A stretch of 20,000 nt of DNA from an uncultured bacterium (GTDB taxonomy: Bacteria > JAGOEH01), in NCBI GenBank assembly GCA_964632485.1, contig CAZWDO010000007.1, forward strand, positions 176,273 to 196,272, read 5' to 3'. How positions within the stretch are numbered: the stretch's first letter is position 1; each line of letters opens with the position of its first letter. Made by a program: the position numbers and the translations under genes. Below, in pieces: positions 1-8,373 of the stretch. Under the pieces are notes generated by a model. That model saw only the letters and a list, made by a program, of their open reading frames with translations, was not told the DNA's origin and did no database searches.

Positions 1-644
1 TGGAAATCGCTGACGACGACATTTTCGGGCCGAAGTCCTTCTACGGAACGGGCCACCAGTAACGTAATGGATGCTACCAACTCCTTGCCCGCTCCCATAC
101 GCGGATTCTTCAACATAATCGTCACCGCCGCTGTCGGTTCTTTATCCTCTTCCACAAAAAGGCTCTTTTCCGGCAAACTGAGCAACACTCGCGAATACTT
201 AATCTGCTCATAGACGTTAATTGTTCGCGAGAGCTCCCCTTCCATGGCCCGCTTGTAATTAACCTTTTGAGTAAAATCGGTTAATCCAATATTTGACTTA
301 TCAAACAATTCCCAACCTTTCAAATCGAACTTGGGAAAATGATCGCTGATCTCGATCCGCAGGGGATCCCGCATCTTTTCCTCAACATAAATTGTGGAGC
401 CATTCGCTTCTGTTTTAAATTTAATTTCCTTCGACTGGAGGTATTCGGTAATTTTCTGAGCATCATCCACGTTTAAATTGGAGTAAAGCAGGTTATAATT
501 GGTTTTATTGGACCAAAGCATCAAAACAACAAAGGTTACAAAAAGAAAAGAGATTAAAGAAATAACCATAATTTTCTGGATCCGGGTCAGTCTGATCCAA
601 ATTTCTTTAATTTGTTCGATATATTTCATAATCATTTCCTGCAT
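1..644 (-). CDS. fliF: Flagellar MS-ring protein FliF, 5' part (runs off window edge)
   Basis: Not in ORF track; manual translation from ATG at 644 (RBS AAGGAGG upstream): MQEMIMKYIEQIKEIW..TM..LLYSNLNVDDAQKITEYL...GWELFDKSNIGLTDFTQKVNYKRAMEGELSRTIN...SLPEKSLFVEE..PTAAV...VARSVEGLRPENVVVSD, typical FliF N-terminal motifs; directly follows fliE. Confidence 0.95.
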   Translation of the reverse strand, partial: MQEMIMKYIEQIKEIWIRLTRIQKIMVISLISFLFVTFVVLMLWSNKTNYNLLYSNLNVDDAQKITEYLQSKEIKFKTEANGSTIYVEEKMRDPLRIEISDHFPKFDLKGWELFDKSNIGLTDFTQKVNYKRAMEGELSRTINVYEQIKYSRVLLSLPEKSLFVEEDKEPTAAVTIMLKNPRMGAGKELVASITLLVARSVEGLRPENVVVSDF

Positions 645-656
645 GACGCCTCCTTA

Positions 657-977
657 TCAAACCTGCATTCGCATGATTTCCTGGTACGCTTCCAGCATTT
701 TGTTACGTATTTCCATCATCAAATCAAAGGATATACCCGCTTTTTCAACAGCTACCATAACCTGATGAACATCAGTGATCTCGCCAGAGGCTAATTTTTC
801 AATCGATTCCTTGGCCATGTATTGCATATCATTTACATCGTGAACGAATTGCTTCAGGACATCTTCAAATTTTACTTTAGCTTGATCAGCTTCTTTTTCC
901 TGTCCCGGGGTCTGCCGGAGCTGATTGAGTTCCCGCAGTTGCTGCAACAGATTATTAGTTAATTCAATATCAGGCAT
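657..977 (-). CDS. fliE: Flagellar hook-basal body protein FliE
   Basis: C-terminus DVHQVMVAVEKAGISFDLMMEIRNKMLEAYQEIMRMQV is the FliE signature; start moved to ATG 977 (MPDIE, GGAG RBS, 8-nt overlap with upstream stop) instead of 1001. Confidence 0.95.
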   Translation of the reverse strand: MPDIELTNNLLQQLRELNQLRQTPGQEKEADQAKVKFEDVLKQFVHDVNDMQYMAKESIEKLASGEITDVHQVMVAVEKAGISFDLMMEIRNKMLEAYQEIMRMQV

Positions 978-1701
978 CTTTGCCAACTCCTGTTTTTTCA
1001 ATTAAATGTTGTATTCGCTTCACTTTTATAATGTAGTCATGGGTTTCCGCCGGTAAAACATTTTGTTTCACGCGATTGATACCGGCATTATAGGCCCACA
1101 ACACATAAAAATCGTCATTATTAAAATATCGGCGCAAAAGATTTATCAGTTTACTCCCCCCGCAGATATTTTCATACGGTGAATAGGGATGGCGAACACC
1201 GAGCGAAGAAGCGGTTTGGGGCATGAGCTGCATCAGTCCCATCGCGCCTTTGTTAGATGTTGCGCGTGGATTTCCGGCAGATTCCACATAGATTACCGCT
1301 TCCATCAAGCTGGTTGGCACATCAAATTGACGGGAAAATTTGCGAATAGTAGGATAGTAGCGGCGGATTCGCTGCAAAACTTTTAAATCCAGTCCCTTGG
1401 GAGATTGATTCGGCGGGGTCCATTTAAATTCCGGATCCGGCGAGGTAGGAATATCCGGCAGTGATGACGCGGCAATTTTTTCCTCTGATGGATCATTTAA
1501 TGTAAACGGTTCCGCTCTCAAGGGAAGACTTGACTGTGATTCTGATTCAGTTAGGGGAAACGATAAAGATGCCATTAAAATCCGTTCCACTTCCTCGCGG
1601 GAATAACTCTGGGCAATGATTTCATCGCGCACTGAACGGACAGATTCCGCTTGAGCAACCCGTAGGAAGAGGATAAAAAAGCAGAGCGCCATATATTTCA
1701 T
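970..1701 (-). CDS. Secreted soluble lytic transglycosylase (SLT/GH23 domain)
   Basis: Signal peptide ending AQA; catalytic motif VESAGNPRATS, GAMGLMQLMP, AYNAG, ETHDY. Confidence 0.92.
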   Translation of the reverse strand: MKYMALCFFILFLRVAQAESVRSVRDEIIAQSYSREEVERILMASLSFPLTESESQSSLPLRAEPFTLNDPSEEKIAASSLPDIPTSPDPEFKWTPPNQSPKGLDLKVLQRIRRYYPTIRKFSRQFDVPTSLMEAVIYVESAGNPRATSNKGAMGLMQLMPQTASSLGVRHPYSPYENICGGSKLINLLRRYFNNDDFYVLWAYNAGINRVKQNVLPAETHDYIIKVKRIQHLIEKTGVGKDA

Positions 1702-2208
1702 CTATATCTCCAATGCTTTGAGCGCCATTTGTTTGGCCGCCTGTAACGCCGACGCGTTTGCCTCATAGGCCCGCGTAGCCGTCATAACGTCCACCATTTC
1801 ATCCACAATATTGACATTGGGCATTTGCACATACCCGTTCTCATCCGCATCGGGATGGCCCGGTTGGTAAACAATCCGTAACGGAGTCTGCTCATCACGA
1901 GTAATCTCTTTAACGACAACTCCTTTGCGGACTGATTCATCCTTAAGATCATAAAACTCGGGGAATGGAATATGGTTTGGGTGAGTCAGCATCGGTTTAA
2001 TCGATTCCTTGGACGATAGAACCGCTGATTTAATTTTTTCCGGTGATTCCTCAAGTATAGCCACCTGACGACGATACGGTCCACCTTCCGGCGTTCGCGT
2101 GGTCTCAGCGTTCGCAATGTTGGCAGCAGCCACTTCCAGCCGCTGACGTTGAGCTTTTAAACCGCTGGCGCTAATATCAATACCGGTAAAAATTGAACCA
2201 ATTTCCAT
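1702..2208 (-). CDS. flgC: Flagellar basal-body rod protein FlgC
   Basis: ISASGLKAQRQRLEVAAANIANAETTRT..GGPYRRQ; YQPGHPDADENGYVQMPNVNIVDEMVDVMTATRAYEAN. Confidence 0.97.
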   Translation of the reverse strand: MEIGSIFTGIDISASGLKAQRQRLEVAAANIANAETTRTPEGGPYRRQVAILEESPEKIKSAVLSSKESIKPMLTHPNHIPFPEFYDLKDESVRKGVVVKEITRDEQTPLRIVYQPGHPDADENGYVQMPNVNIVDEMVDVMTATRAYEANASALQAAKQMALKALEI

Positions 2209-2218
2209 TATCTACTCC

Positions 2219-2632
2219 TTATTTACCTTTAATAGCGGTGCGCAACATGTTAAACTGAATTGAGGAAAGCTTGCTCGCATAATAAAACCGCAATTGGTTA
2301 TTCGTTAATTTAACCATTTCATCGTCAATATCAACATTATTCACTCCGGAAGGCGTTGTCGGATCATCCGGCGTAAACGCCACCGGTTTAACTTCTTCAA
2401 TCAGGGGACGCCCTAATTTTAAATGCCTGGGATCGGTTTGAGTTCCACGAATTCGTTCTTGATCAAGTGCATATTGTAATTCTTCTTCAAATTTGACTTC
2501 TTTTCGCTGATATCCCTCCGTATTGACATTGGCAATATTTGCCGCAATAGATTTATGCCTGAGCGCATAAGCATCTAATGCTTTCTCAAGTACAGGCAAG
2601 GGGTTATCTTTGTAAAGCAGACGGTCAATCAT
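2219..2632 (-). CDS. flgB: Flagellar basal-body rod protein FlgB
   Basis: LRHKSIAANIANVNTEGYQRKEVKF and NNVDIDDEM motifs; start at ATG 2632 (MIDRLL) behind an AAGGAG RBS and downstream of the sigma54 motif, rather than 2746. Confidence 0.95.
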   Translation of the reverse strand: MIDRLLYKDNPLPVLEKALDAYALRHKSIAANIANVNTEGYQRKEVKFEEELQYALDQERIRGTQTDPRHLKLGRPLIEEVKPVAFTPDDPTTPSGVNNVDIDDEMVKLTNNQLRFYYASKLSSIQFNMLRTAIKGK

Positions 2633-2659
2633 GGGTTCTCTCCTTTTTCCCATTAATAT

Positions 2660-2676
2660 TGCAACATTCATGCCAA
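2660..2676 (-). promoter_or_regulatory. Sigma54 (-24/-12) promoter of the flgB operon
   Basis: Minus strand TTGGCATGAATGTTGCA matches the YTGGCAC-N5-TTGCW consensus (GG-N10-GC), 28 nt upstream of the flgB ATG. Confidence 0.85.
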
Positions 2677-3168
2677 TCACTTTATAAGTCATGGCTTTTA
2701 TCCCTAAACACATTCGCCTTTTATATCTTTTATCCAGTAACCCCAAAACTGTTTTCTTTTGCCGATATACTCAACTTCAGCCCTCTTCCAAAAGGAAGAA
2801 AATTAGCGTTAAACACAAAATGAAAAGGGCGCGCTGAATCCAGCGGTTACGAAAGAAGGATTGAGGGACGTTAATAATAAACAATAATTATAGCTATAAT
2901 TTTTACTGAGCGAAGAAGCGTTCAATCTGCTCCCTGAGAGATATGGCCTGAAAATTCACTACAACACGAATTGCTGCTAATTTTGAAGATTATCCGGCGC
3001 TTTATTGGATCGAATCGTTCATTTCAATTATTATAATAAAGCGGCTGACTGAGGGAAATCGGCGTATTCTGGAGTCGAAAATGAGCGGAAAAACAAGCCG
3101 GAAACCGGTTGGTTTTCCAAAGAAGAAAGCTCTCTTCAGGTCCGCTATAAACGCAGACAAGAAGAGGG

Positions 3169-4113
3169 TTAAACTTGAACGGAGGCTTCCAGTAGTGTCA
3201 TTTCCCGTGAAACCGTATCTATCCGGGCCCGTACTCCCAGGGGCAGTGTCGCTTTATGCGGGCCATGGCCAAAACATAAATTCGCCAGCACGGGAATTCC
3301 CAAATTTCCCAATCGATCCGCCAATACATCCTCCCAATGAAATGAGCCCATCGGGTATCCGCTCTTTGGATCACAATCCACCAGTTCGCCTATGGCAATA
3401 CCGGCGCATTGCTGTAATTTTCCCGCATTATAAAGATGCGTCAACATACCGTCAAGCCGATAAGGCGCCTCATCAATTTCCTCGATAAACAGGATTTTAC
3501 CCCGGGTATCAAACTCATAGGGAGTCCCCATCAGGTACGTAAGCAAAGTCAGACATCCCCCGGTAAGAGCGCCTTCTGCCTTACCGGCGGCAATAACCAG
3601 AGCTTTTTGAGGGTCCGGATAGGCCTGGATGGGAATGGACGATTCTCCGTTCGCGATCAATCGCTTGAAAAAATCAACCGTATAGCCACTGACAGGATCC
3701 TTAAAATCGGAAGATAGCATAGGACCATAAAATGTTACTATTCCGGTTTTTTCGGTAATAGCGACCAGAATCGAAGTGATATCGCTATAGCCGATATAAA
3801 TTTTAGGATTCCGTTTAATCAAATCAAAATCAAGACGTGTCAAAATGCGGCCGGAACCATAGCCCCCGCGAGTAGACATAATAGCGGCAATGGAGGGATC
3901 CTGTACCATGGCATGAAAATCGGTCAGACGATCCTCATCTTTACCCGACAAATAACGATTGACATCCATTAAATGAGGAGCCAACTTAACCTGGTAACCC
4001 ATTTTCTCCAAATTTGCGACTCCTTCGGCAACAGCGCTGGGACGAAATGGAGGGCTGGCTAAAGAAACCACCCCAATCGTAGAACCAGATTTTAAAGCTT
4101 GCGGTAATATCAT
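3169..4113 (-). CDS. ldcA: LD-carboxypeptidase, peptidase S66 family (LdcA/MccF-like)
   Basis: STRGGYG, GYSDIT (catalytic Ser), ILFIEEIDE (Glu), FGHG (His), TLPLG motifs; no signal peptide. Confidence 0.92.
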   Translation of the reverse strand: MILPQALKSGSTIGVVSLASPPFRPSAVAEGVANLEKMGYQVKLAPHLMDVNRYLSGKDEDRLTDFHAMVQDPSIAAIMSTRGGYGSGRILTRLDFDLIKRNPKIYIGYSDITSILVAITEKTGIVTFYGPMLSSDFKDPVSGYTVDFFKRLIANGESSIPIQAYPDPQKALVIAAGKAEGALTGGCLTLLTYLMGTPYEFDTRGKILFIEEIDEAPYRLDGMLTHLYNAGKLQQCAGIAIGELVDCDPKSGYPMGSFHWEDVLADRLGNLGIPVLANLCFGHGPHKATLPLGVRARIDTVSREMTLLEASVQV

Positions 4114-4127
4114 CCTATTTCTCCATT

Positions 4128-7100
4128 TTATGGTTTAACCAGGCGAAAGCCTGTATCTTTACGACGTTCATACGGGTTAAGTCGGAAGCGTACTTTATTA
4201 TGGAAAAAAGTGCCGTAATTTCTAAAAGCTATGCTTGCCCCCTTCAGGGTCATTTTGTCGCTGGGTTCAATACTGCGGGGGGAATGGTAAGGGGAAACCG
4301 TCCACTCCAGCGCATTCCCGAGCAAATGGCATATTCCCTCGGGTGTGGCGCCGCTACGATAGCTGTTCTGGCCAACTGCAAATACCGTATCATTATACCC
4401 CCATGCCAGATTATCCCAATTCATCCCGCCTTTCCATGGGTAATCGCGCCAGGGATAGCTAATTCGATAATCTTCCGTTTCTAACGTATCCAGATAAGCA
4501 GGGCCGCAGGCCATACGTTCCCATTCCTCCTCGGTTGGCAAACGCCAGCTTTCACCCAACTTACTACTCAACCAGCGGGCATACGCATCAGCCTCATACC
4601 AGGAAACTCCAGTTACCGGACCATCGGCCAGGGGTGAACGGGTGCCGGAATAATTGCCGCCGGCTGACCAGTCCAACGGATATTTCCAATTACTGTCCTG
4701 AACGACCAGCCACCCGTCGGGGCTCCACCAATCAGCCCGACTGTAGCCGCTATCACTCACAAATACCGAGTACTCTTCGTTAGAGACTTCATAGACAGAG
4801 GCATAAAAATTACCAAGATACTCCTCTTCAATGGGAGTCTCGTCATTTTGATAAAAACTAGTCCGTAACGGTTGAAAAATCGTATCCCCCGGCAGAAAAG
4901 CGATCGTATCTTTGAAAAATGCTGTGTCAATTGGGTTGTGCCGTGTAACCGCAACGCTATCCAGCGCAGTCATATATTGCATCCATGCCAGAAACTTTGC
5001 GGCCAACGGTTTGTAATAAGTAATATTATTCTGAACGACTTTTACCCATTGAACAATCTGATAAGCGCTATCAGAACCGATAAATGTACGAGCGGACGGT
5101 AAATAGACCACTTCAGGCGAAACTATAGTATGAGATTGGCCATTCGCTAACTGCCATAAACTATCCGATCGATCTGTCAATAACAAAGAAAAACGAATGG
5201 CTTCATGTGAATACCTATCCGCCGCTTCCAATTCAAAATTAATGGCGGAACCTGAAGCCTGACCCGTGGGTTGCCATTTTAAAATGCCATCTGACCAGTG
5301 AGCGTCCTCGGGACTTTTTACACTATAATTGATCACATCATTGTCGGGATCTGAAACTTGCACCGTTTCTTCAAATACGGCGTGGATGGAATGCGAATAC
5401 GGCGGACTATAATTGCTATAGGGAGAACCGTTGTAGATATAGCCCTTGGCAGTGTCTTTAAGGATTAATTGCGTATTGAGAGAATATTGAAAAAAAAGAG
5501 ATAGCGAATCCCCCCGTTTCACGCCGGCTTCAATCAATGGATTGATTTGGTGGGTTGCCAGAAATTTAACCTTTGGAAAGAGAGAATCTGCAGACTGATG
5601 CGCTGCGTTATATATCTTTTGGCGATATTGGACACTAAGTTGAAAATCTTCAACCGTCACAGGGGATTCAGGATAAAAACGACGATAGAAGAAATTTTTC
5701 AAACGGCTGCTATAGCTCCAACTATCAGCCACATCAATATGACTCAATACTAATCCGCCAAAATTCAGTCGATGAACAAATTCAGTCTGCCAGTCAAGTC
5801 CTTTTTCCGTCGGTACAACCAGTTTTTCCTGATTGGATAATGCCACGACAAAAGAAAGCAAGGTATCAGACCACTGGATCAGAGTATTCTGGGAAGCCAA
5901 AGCGTTCCAGTTTTCAGAAACGGAGCTGCTGAGTTGCAACGTATCCTGATCCTGCAACGAATCAGCGGAAATTTTAAAATCCAGTAATCGGAAAAATGCC
6001 TCAGTGTCCTGACGCGCTATGGAATCCTGGCTCAGATAAAAAAATGTAGGATCTAATTGCCAATATATTTTACGGCTTTTCACCATAGATTGCAAACGAA
6101 TCCATTCATTGGTTACCATTACAAAATCCACGGGTTGATACTGTTCGCGGGAAACGCGCGAATTTTGAGGCCAAACCCGAAGCTGGATTGAGTTGATATT
6201 GTTCCAGTTTTCGAACCATTGCAGTTGCGTCAGTAAAAACCAGGGAAGCGCAAAGGAGAACGTTTTATTTGGCCAGCGGCCGGCAAGCTCTCCCTGCAAA
6301 AAATTGACAAAATCCAAATACCCAGCGCAATTCTGCTGATCAACCTGCATGGCATAATCGACATGAATCCCGTCAAAATAAGTTGGCCCAAAATTCTGTA
6401 GCGCATCAATCATCTTTCGCGCATGATTTTCCCAGAGCGACGAACTTGCCCAAATCGAACGAAAATCCTTTGATTCATCATCACAATAAAACGAGACAAC
6501 CAGAAGAGGAATCTCTACCGAACGTGTTTTGCGCAAAAAAAGAGGGGTTTCAATCGTATTTTCGTCAATGGTATGAAACACTGGGTACTGATAATAAACC
6601 GGAACATCTTCCGGAAATTTATAATTGGACAATCCGGCAAACCCGTTGGCAGTCAATGGAAGCTCCAGCGCAACACCATTTGATGCCGAATCCACCTCCA
6701 ACAGCTCCCCCAAGGTCAATTGGGCCGGAATATGCTCCAACCGGGTCCAGACTGATTGCTGGCGATAATCAATCATCGTGGTCAGCGCCGCTAAAGTATC
6801 GGCAGCCCTCTCCGCAACAACCAGCCGGAAGGGATCGAGATTCTCCTCAACCAGCGTATGTTTAATCCAAACATCCACTTGAGCCGTATCCGGGGAAAAA
6901 GTTGAAGAATCGGATCGAAAAAAAGCAAGACTAAAACTAATTAATAAACGGTTCCAGGCTGAAGGAACGGATTGGGTCAATTCAGTACGGTCAATATCAA
7001 TGCGTAGGGTATCCTGATCCGCTAAAGAAGGTAAAATTAGTTGCAAAACGCCAAAATAATCAATAGTATCAGAAACTCCCGGCATGAGTGTATAACTTTT

Positions 7101-7232
7101 TTTTTCATAAATAATAGAAGTATCACGGGTATTCGTGGTCGATGAAGAACTGCAATAATATAAAAACAAAAACATCAATAAAAAAAGTGACCCGCAAAGG
7201 GTAACAAAATTTTTTTTTACTTGATATGGCAT
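4128..7232 (-). CDS. Large putative lipoprotein: degenerate GH18-like domain, Ig/cadherin-like domain, C-terminal FGE-sulfatase (SUMF1/C-lectin fold) domain
   Basis: Hydrophobic N-terminus ending YYC-SSSS; FDGIHVDY and RLNFGGLVL resemble GH18 barrel motifs; VSDPDNDVINYS..GILKWQP Ig-like; YEVSNEEY, PVTGVSWYEADAYARWL, RLPTEEEWERMA, YPW, LGNALEWT, GFRLV are FGE-sulfatase motifs (the secure part of the call). Confidence 0.75.
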   Translation of the reverse strand: MPYQVKKNFVTLCGSLFLLMFLFLYYCSSSSTTNTRDTSIIYEKKSYTLMPGVSDTIDYFGVLQLILPSLADQDTLRIDIDRTELTQSVPSAWNRLLISFSLAFFRSDSSTFSPDTAQVDVWIKHTLVEENLDPFRLVVAERAADTLAALTTMIDYRQQSVWTRLEHIPAQLTLGELLEVDSASNGVALELPLTANGFAGLSNYKFPEDVPVYYQYPVFHTIDENTIETPLFLRKTRSVEIPLLVVSFYCDDESKDFRSIWASSSLWENHARKMIDALQNFGPTYFDGIHVDYAMQVDQQNCAGYLDFVNFLQGELAGRWPNKTFSFALPWFLLTQLQWFENWNNINSIQLRVWPQNSRVSREQYQPVDFVMVTNEWIRLQSMVKSRKIYWQLDPTFFYLSQDSIARQDTEAFFRLLDFKISADSLQDQDTLQLSSSVSENWNALASQNTLIQWSDTLLSFVVALSNQEKLVVPTEKGLDWQTEFVHRLNFGGLVLSHIDVADSWSYSSRLKNFFYRRFYPESPVTVEDFQLSVQYRQKIYNAAHQSADSLFPKVKFLATHQINPLIEAGVKRGDSLSLFFQYSLNTQLILKDTAKGYIYNGSPYSNYSPPYSHSIHAVFEETVQVSDPDNDVINYSVKSPEDAHWSDGILKWQPTGQASGSAINFELEAADRYSHEAIRFSLLLTDRSDSLWQLANGQSHTIVSPEVVYLPSARTFIGSDSAYQIVQWVKVVQNNITYYKPLAAKFLAWMQYMTALDSVAVTRHNPIDTAFFKDTIAFLPGDTIFQPLRTSFYQNDETPIEEEYLGNFYASVYEVSNEEYSVFVSDSGYSRADWWSPDGWLVVQDSNWKYPLDWSAGGNYSGTRSPLADGPVTGVSWYEADAYARWLSSKLGESWRLPTEEEWERMACGPAYLDTLETEDYRISYPWRDYPWKGGMNWDNLAWGYNDTVFAVGQNSYRSGATPEGICHLLGNALEWTVSPYHSPRSIEPSDKMTLKGASIAFRNYGTFFHNKVRFRLNPYERRKDTGFRLVKP

Positions 7233-7975
7233 ATTGGGATCGTGATAATCTGCGTTTCGCTCCTGATTTTTAGCGCATAAACCCCGGAGGGACAGTCAGA
7301 AGGCCACTCGAATGGGCTTCCCGGCGGAATAACCGCCAACGATCGTCCCAGCAAATCATAAAGCTGACAGGAGGAAACAGGCAATTGAGTGTGAATGGAA
7401 AAAGAATGACGCGACGGGTTGGGTTCGATTTGTACTCGGGCGCGGTTTCTCTGGTTTTTCATAAATTGACTGGATTCGCTTTCAATAATCAGCGAATCTA
7501 CAATACGGTAAACCGAATCGAGTTGCAGCCAGGAACTATAACCCGTTACGGTTGCGTATTGTTTAAGATTATAAAAAAACAATAGTGTCGGCGCCACGGA
7601 TAAATTTACGTTCAGAGTTCTATCGCTGCCGACAAAATGGCGAAAATCATCCTTCCAGGTCAGAGAATCCCGCGAAACCAGCGTATCGCGCCAGGCGCGC
7701 ACCAATGTAGAGGATTCGCTGGAAACGAACCAGAATTGAACCGGCCGGCTGCTTAATGGCAACCACTGCTTCAGAGCCGCCATTTGTGGACGGGTATAAA
7801 GATTGAAAGTACGACCAAGAGTCGCTACGATCAACGTATCTTCAATGCTATGCAAATTCAGCGTATCGCCATCTACATCCGTCGTTCGGTAGGCCGGCGC
7901 CGCTGTCTGACCCCAAATAACAGCGCTCATGATGGTAAGGATGAAAAATAGTAACAAGCGATAATAATATTGCAT
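7217..7975 (-). CDS. Secreted protein with thioredoxin/TlpA-like domain lacking CxxC and a T9SS-type C-terminal sorting domain
   Basis: Signal peptide; APAYRTTDVDGDTLNL and APTLLFF (cis-Pro-like) resemble TlpA/AhpC folds; C-terminus IEPNPS...QLYDLLGR...PSGVYALKI; overlaps next gene by 16 nt. Confidence 0.7.
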   Translation of the reverse strand: MQYYYRLLLFFILTIMSAVIWGQTAAPAYRTTDVDGDTLNLHSIEDTLIVATLGRTFNLYTRPQMAALKQWLPLSSRPVQFWFVSSESSTLVRAWRDTLVSRDSLTWKDDFRHFVGSDRTLNVNLSVAPTLLFFYNLKQYATVTGYSSWLQLDSVYRIVDSLIIESESSQFMKNQRNRARVQIEPNPSRHSFSIHTQLPVSSCQLYDLLGRSLAVIPPGSPFEWPSDCPSGVYALKIRSETQIITIPICHIK

Positions 7976-8049
7976 GAGCTAATATTAAAACAAAATCCCA
8001 TAAAAAACAAGAAAAAAATTCGCAAATTCCTTTTTTTTTATAGATAAGC

Positions 8050-8077
8050 TTGTCTACATTCCGAAAAACGCTATATT
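8050..8077 (+). promoter_or_regulatory. Candidate sigma70 promoter facing pruA, overlapped by a near-perfect palindrome at 8041-8056
   Basis: TTGTCT-16 nt-TATATT; palindrome TAGATAAGCTTGTCTA. Confidence 0.35.
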
Positions 8078-8373
8078 TAAATACAGAATATGCCGCGACA
8101 GGGTTTTCCAAATTTGCCGCAGGGAAGAACAATCCCGCTAAATCCTGATCGAATTGCCCGTCTGAATGGTTAATAAATCCAAGCGTTTCGATCGAATATA
8201 AAATCATATTTTGTCCCTAATTCAGAAGGATAGAGCAACGAGCATGCTGTTTTCCCCAGCGATAAACGGATTTGAATGACGAAAAAAACCGTGAAGTTTA
8301 TTAACGCAAGATGCTACAGACAGAAATGACTTATTAATAATAAAAAGCCACCCTATCCAAAAAGGAGGATCCC

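Noticed and set aside
4128-4330. FGE-sulfatase C-terminus as a diversity-generating retroelement variable region
   Set aside because: The fold is a known DGR target, but I found no template repeat differing at adenines and no reverse transcriptase in the window
7097-7218. Two A9 tracts near the 5' end of the 1034-aa gene as phase-variation sites
   Set aside because: The gene is in frame and similar A/T runs are common in this AT-rich region
7848-8207. 119-aa minus-strand ORF
   Set aside because: It overlaps the 252-aa gene in another frame, crosses a likely promoter region and has no recognisable motif
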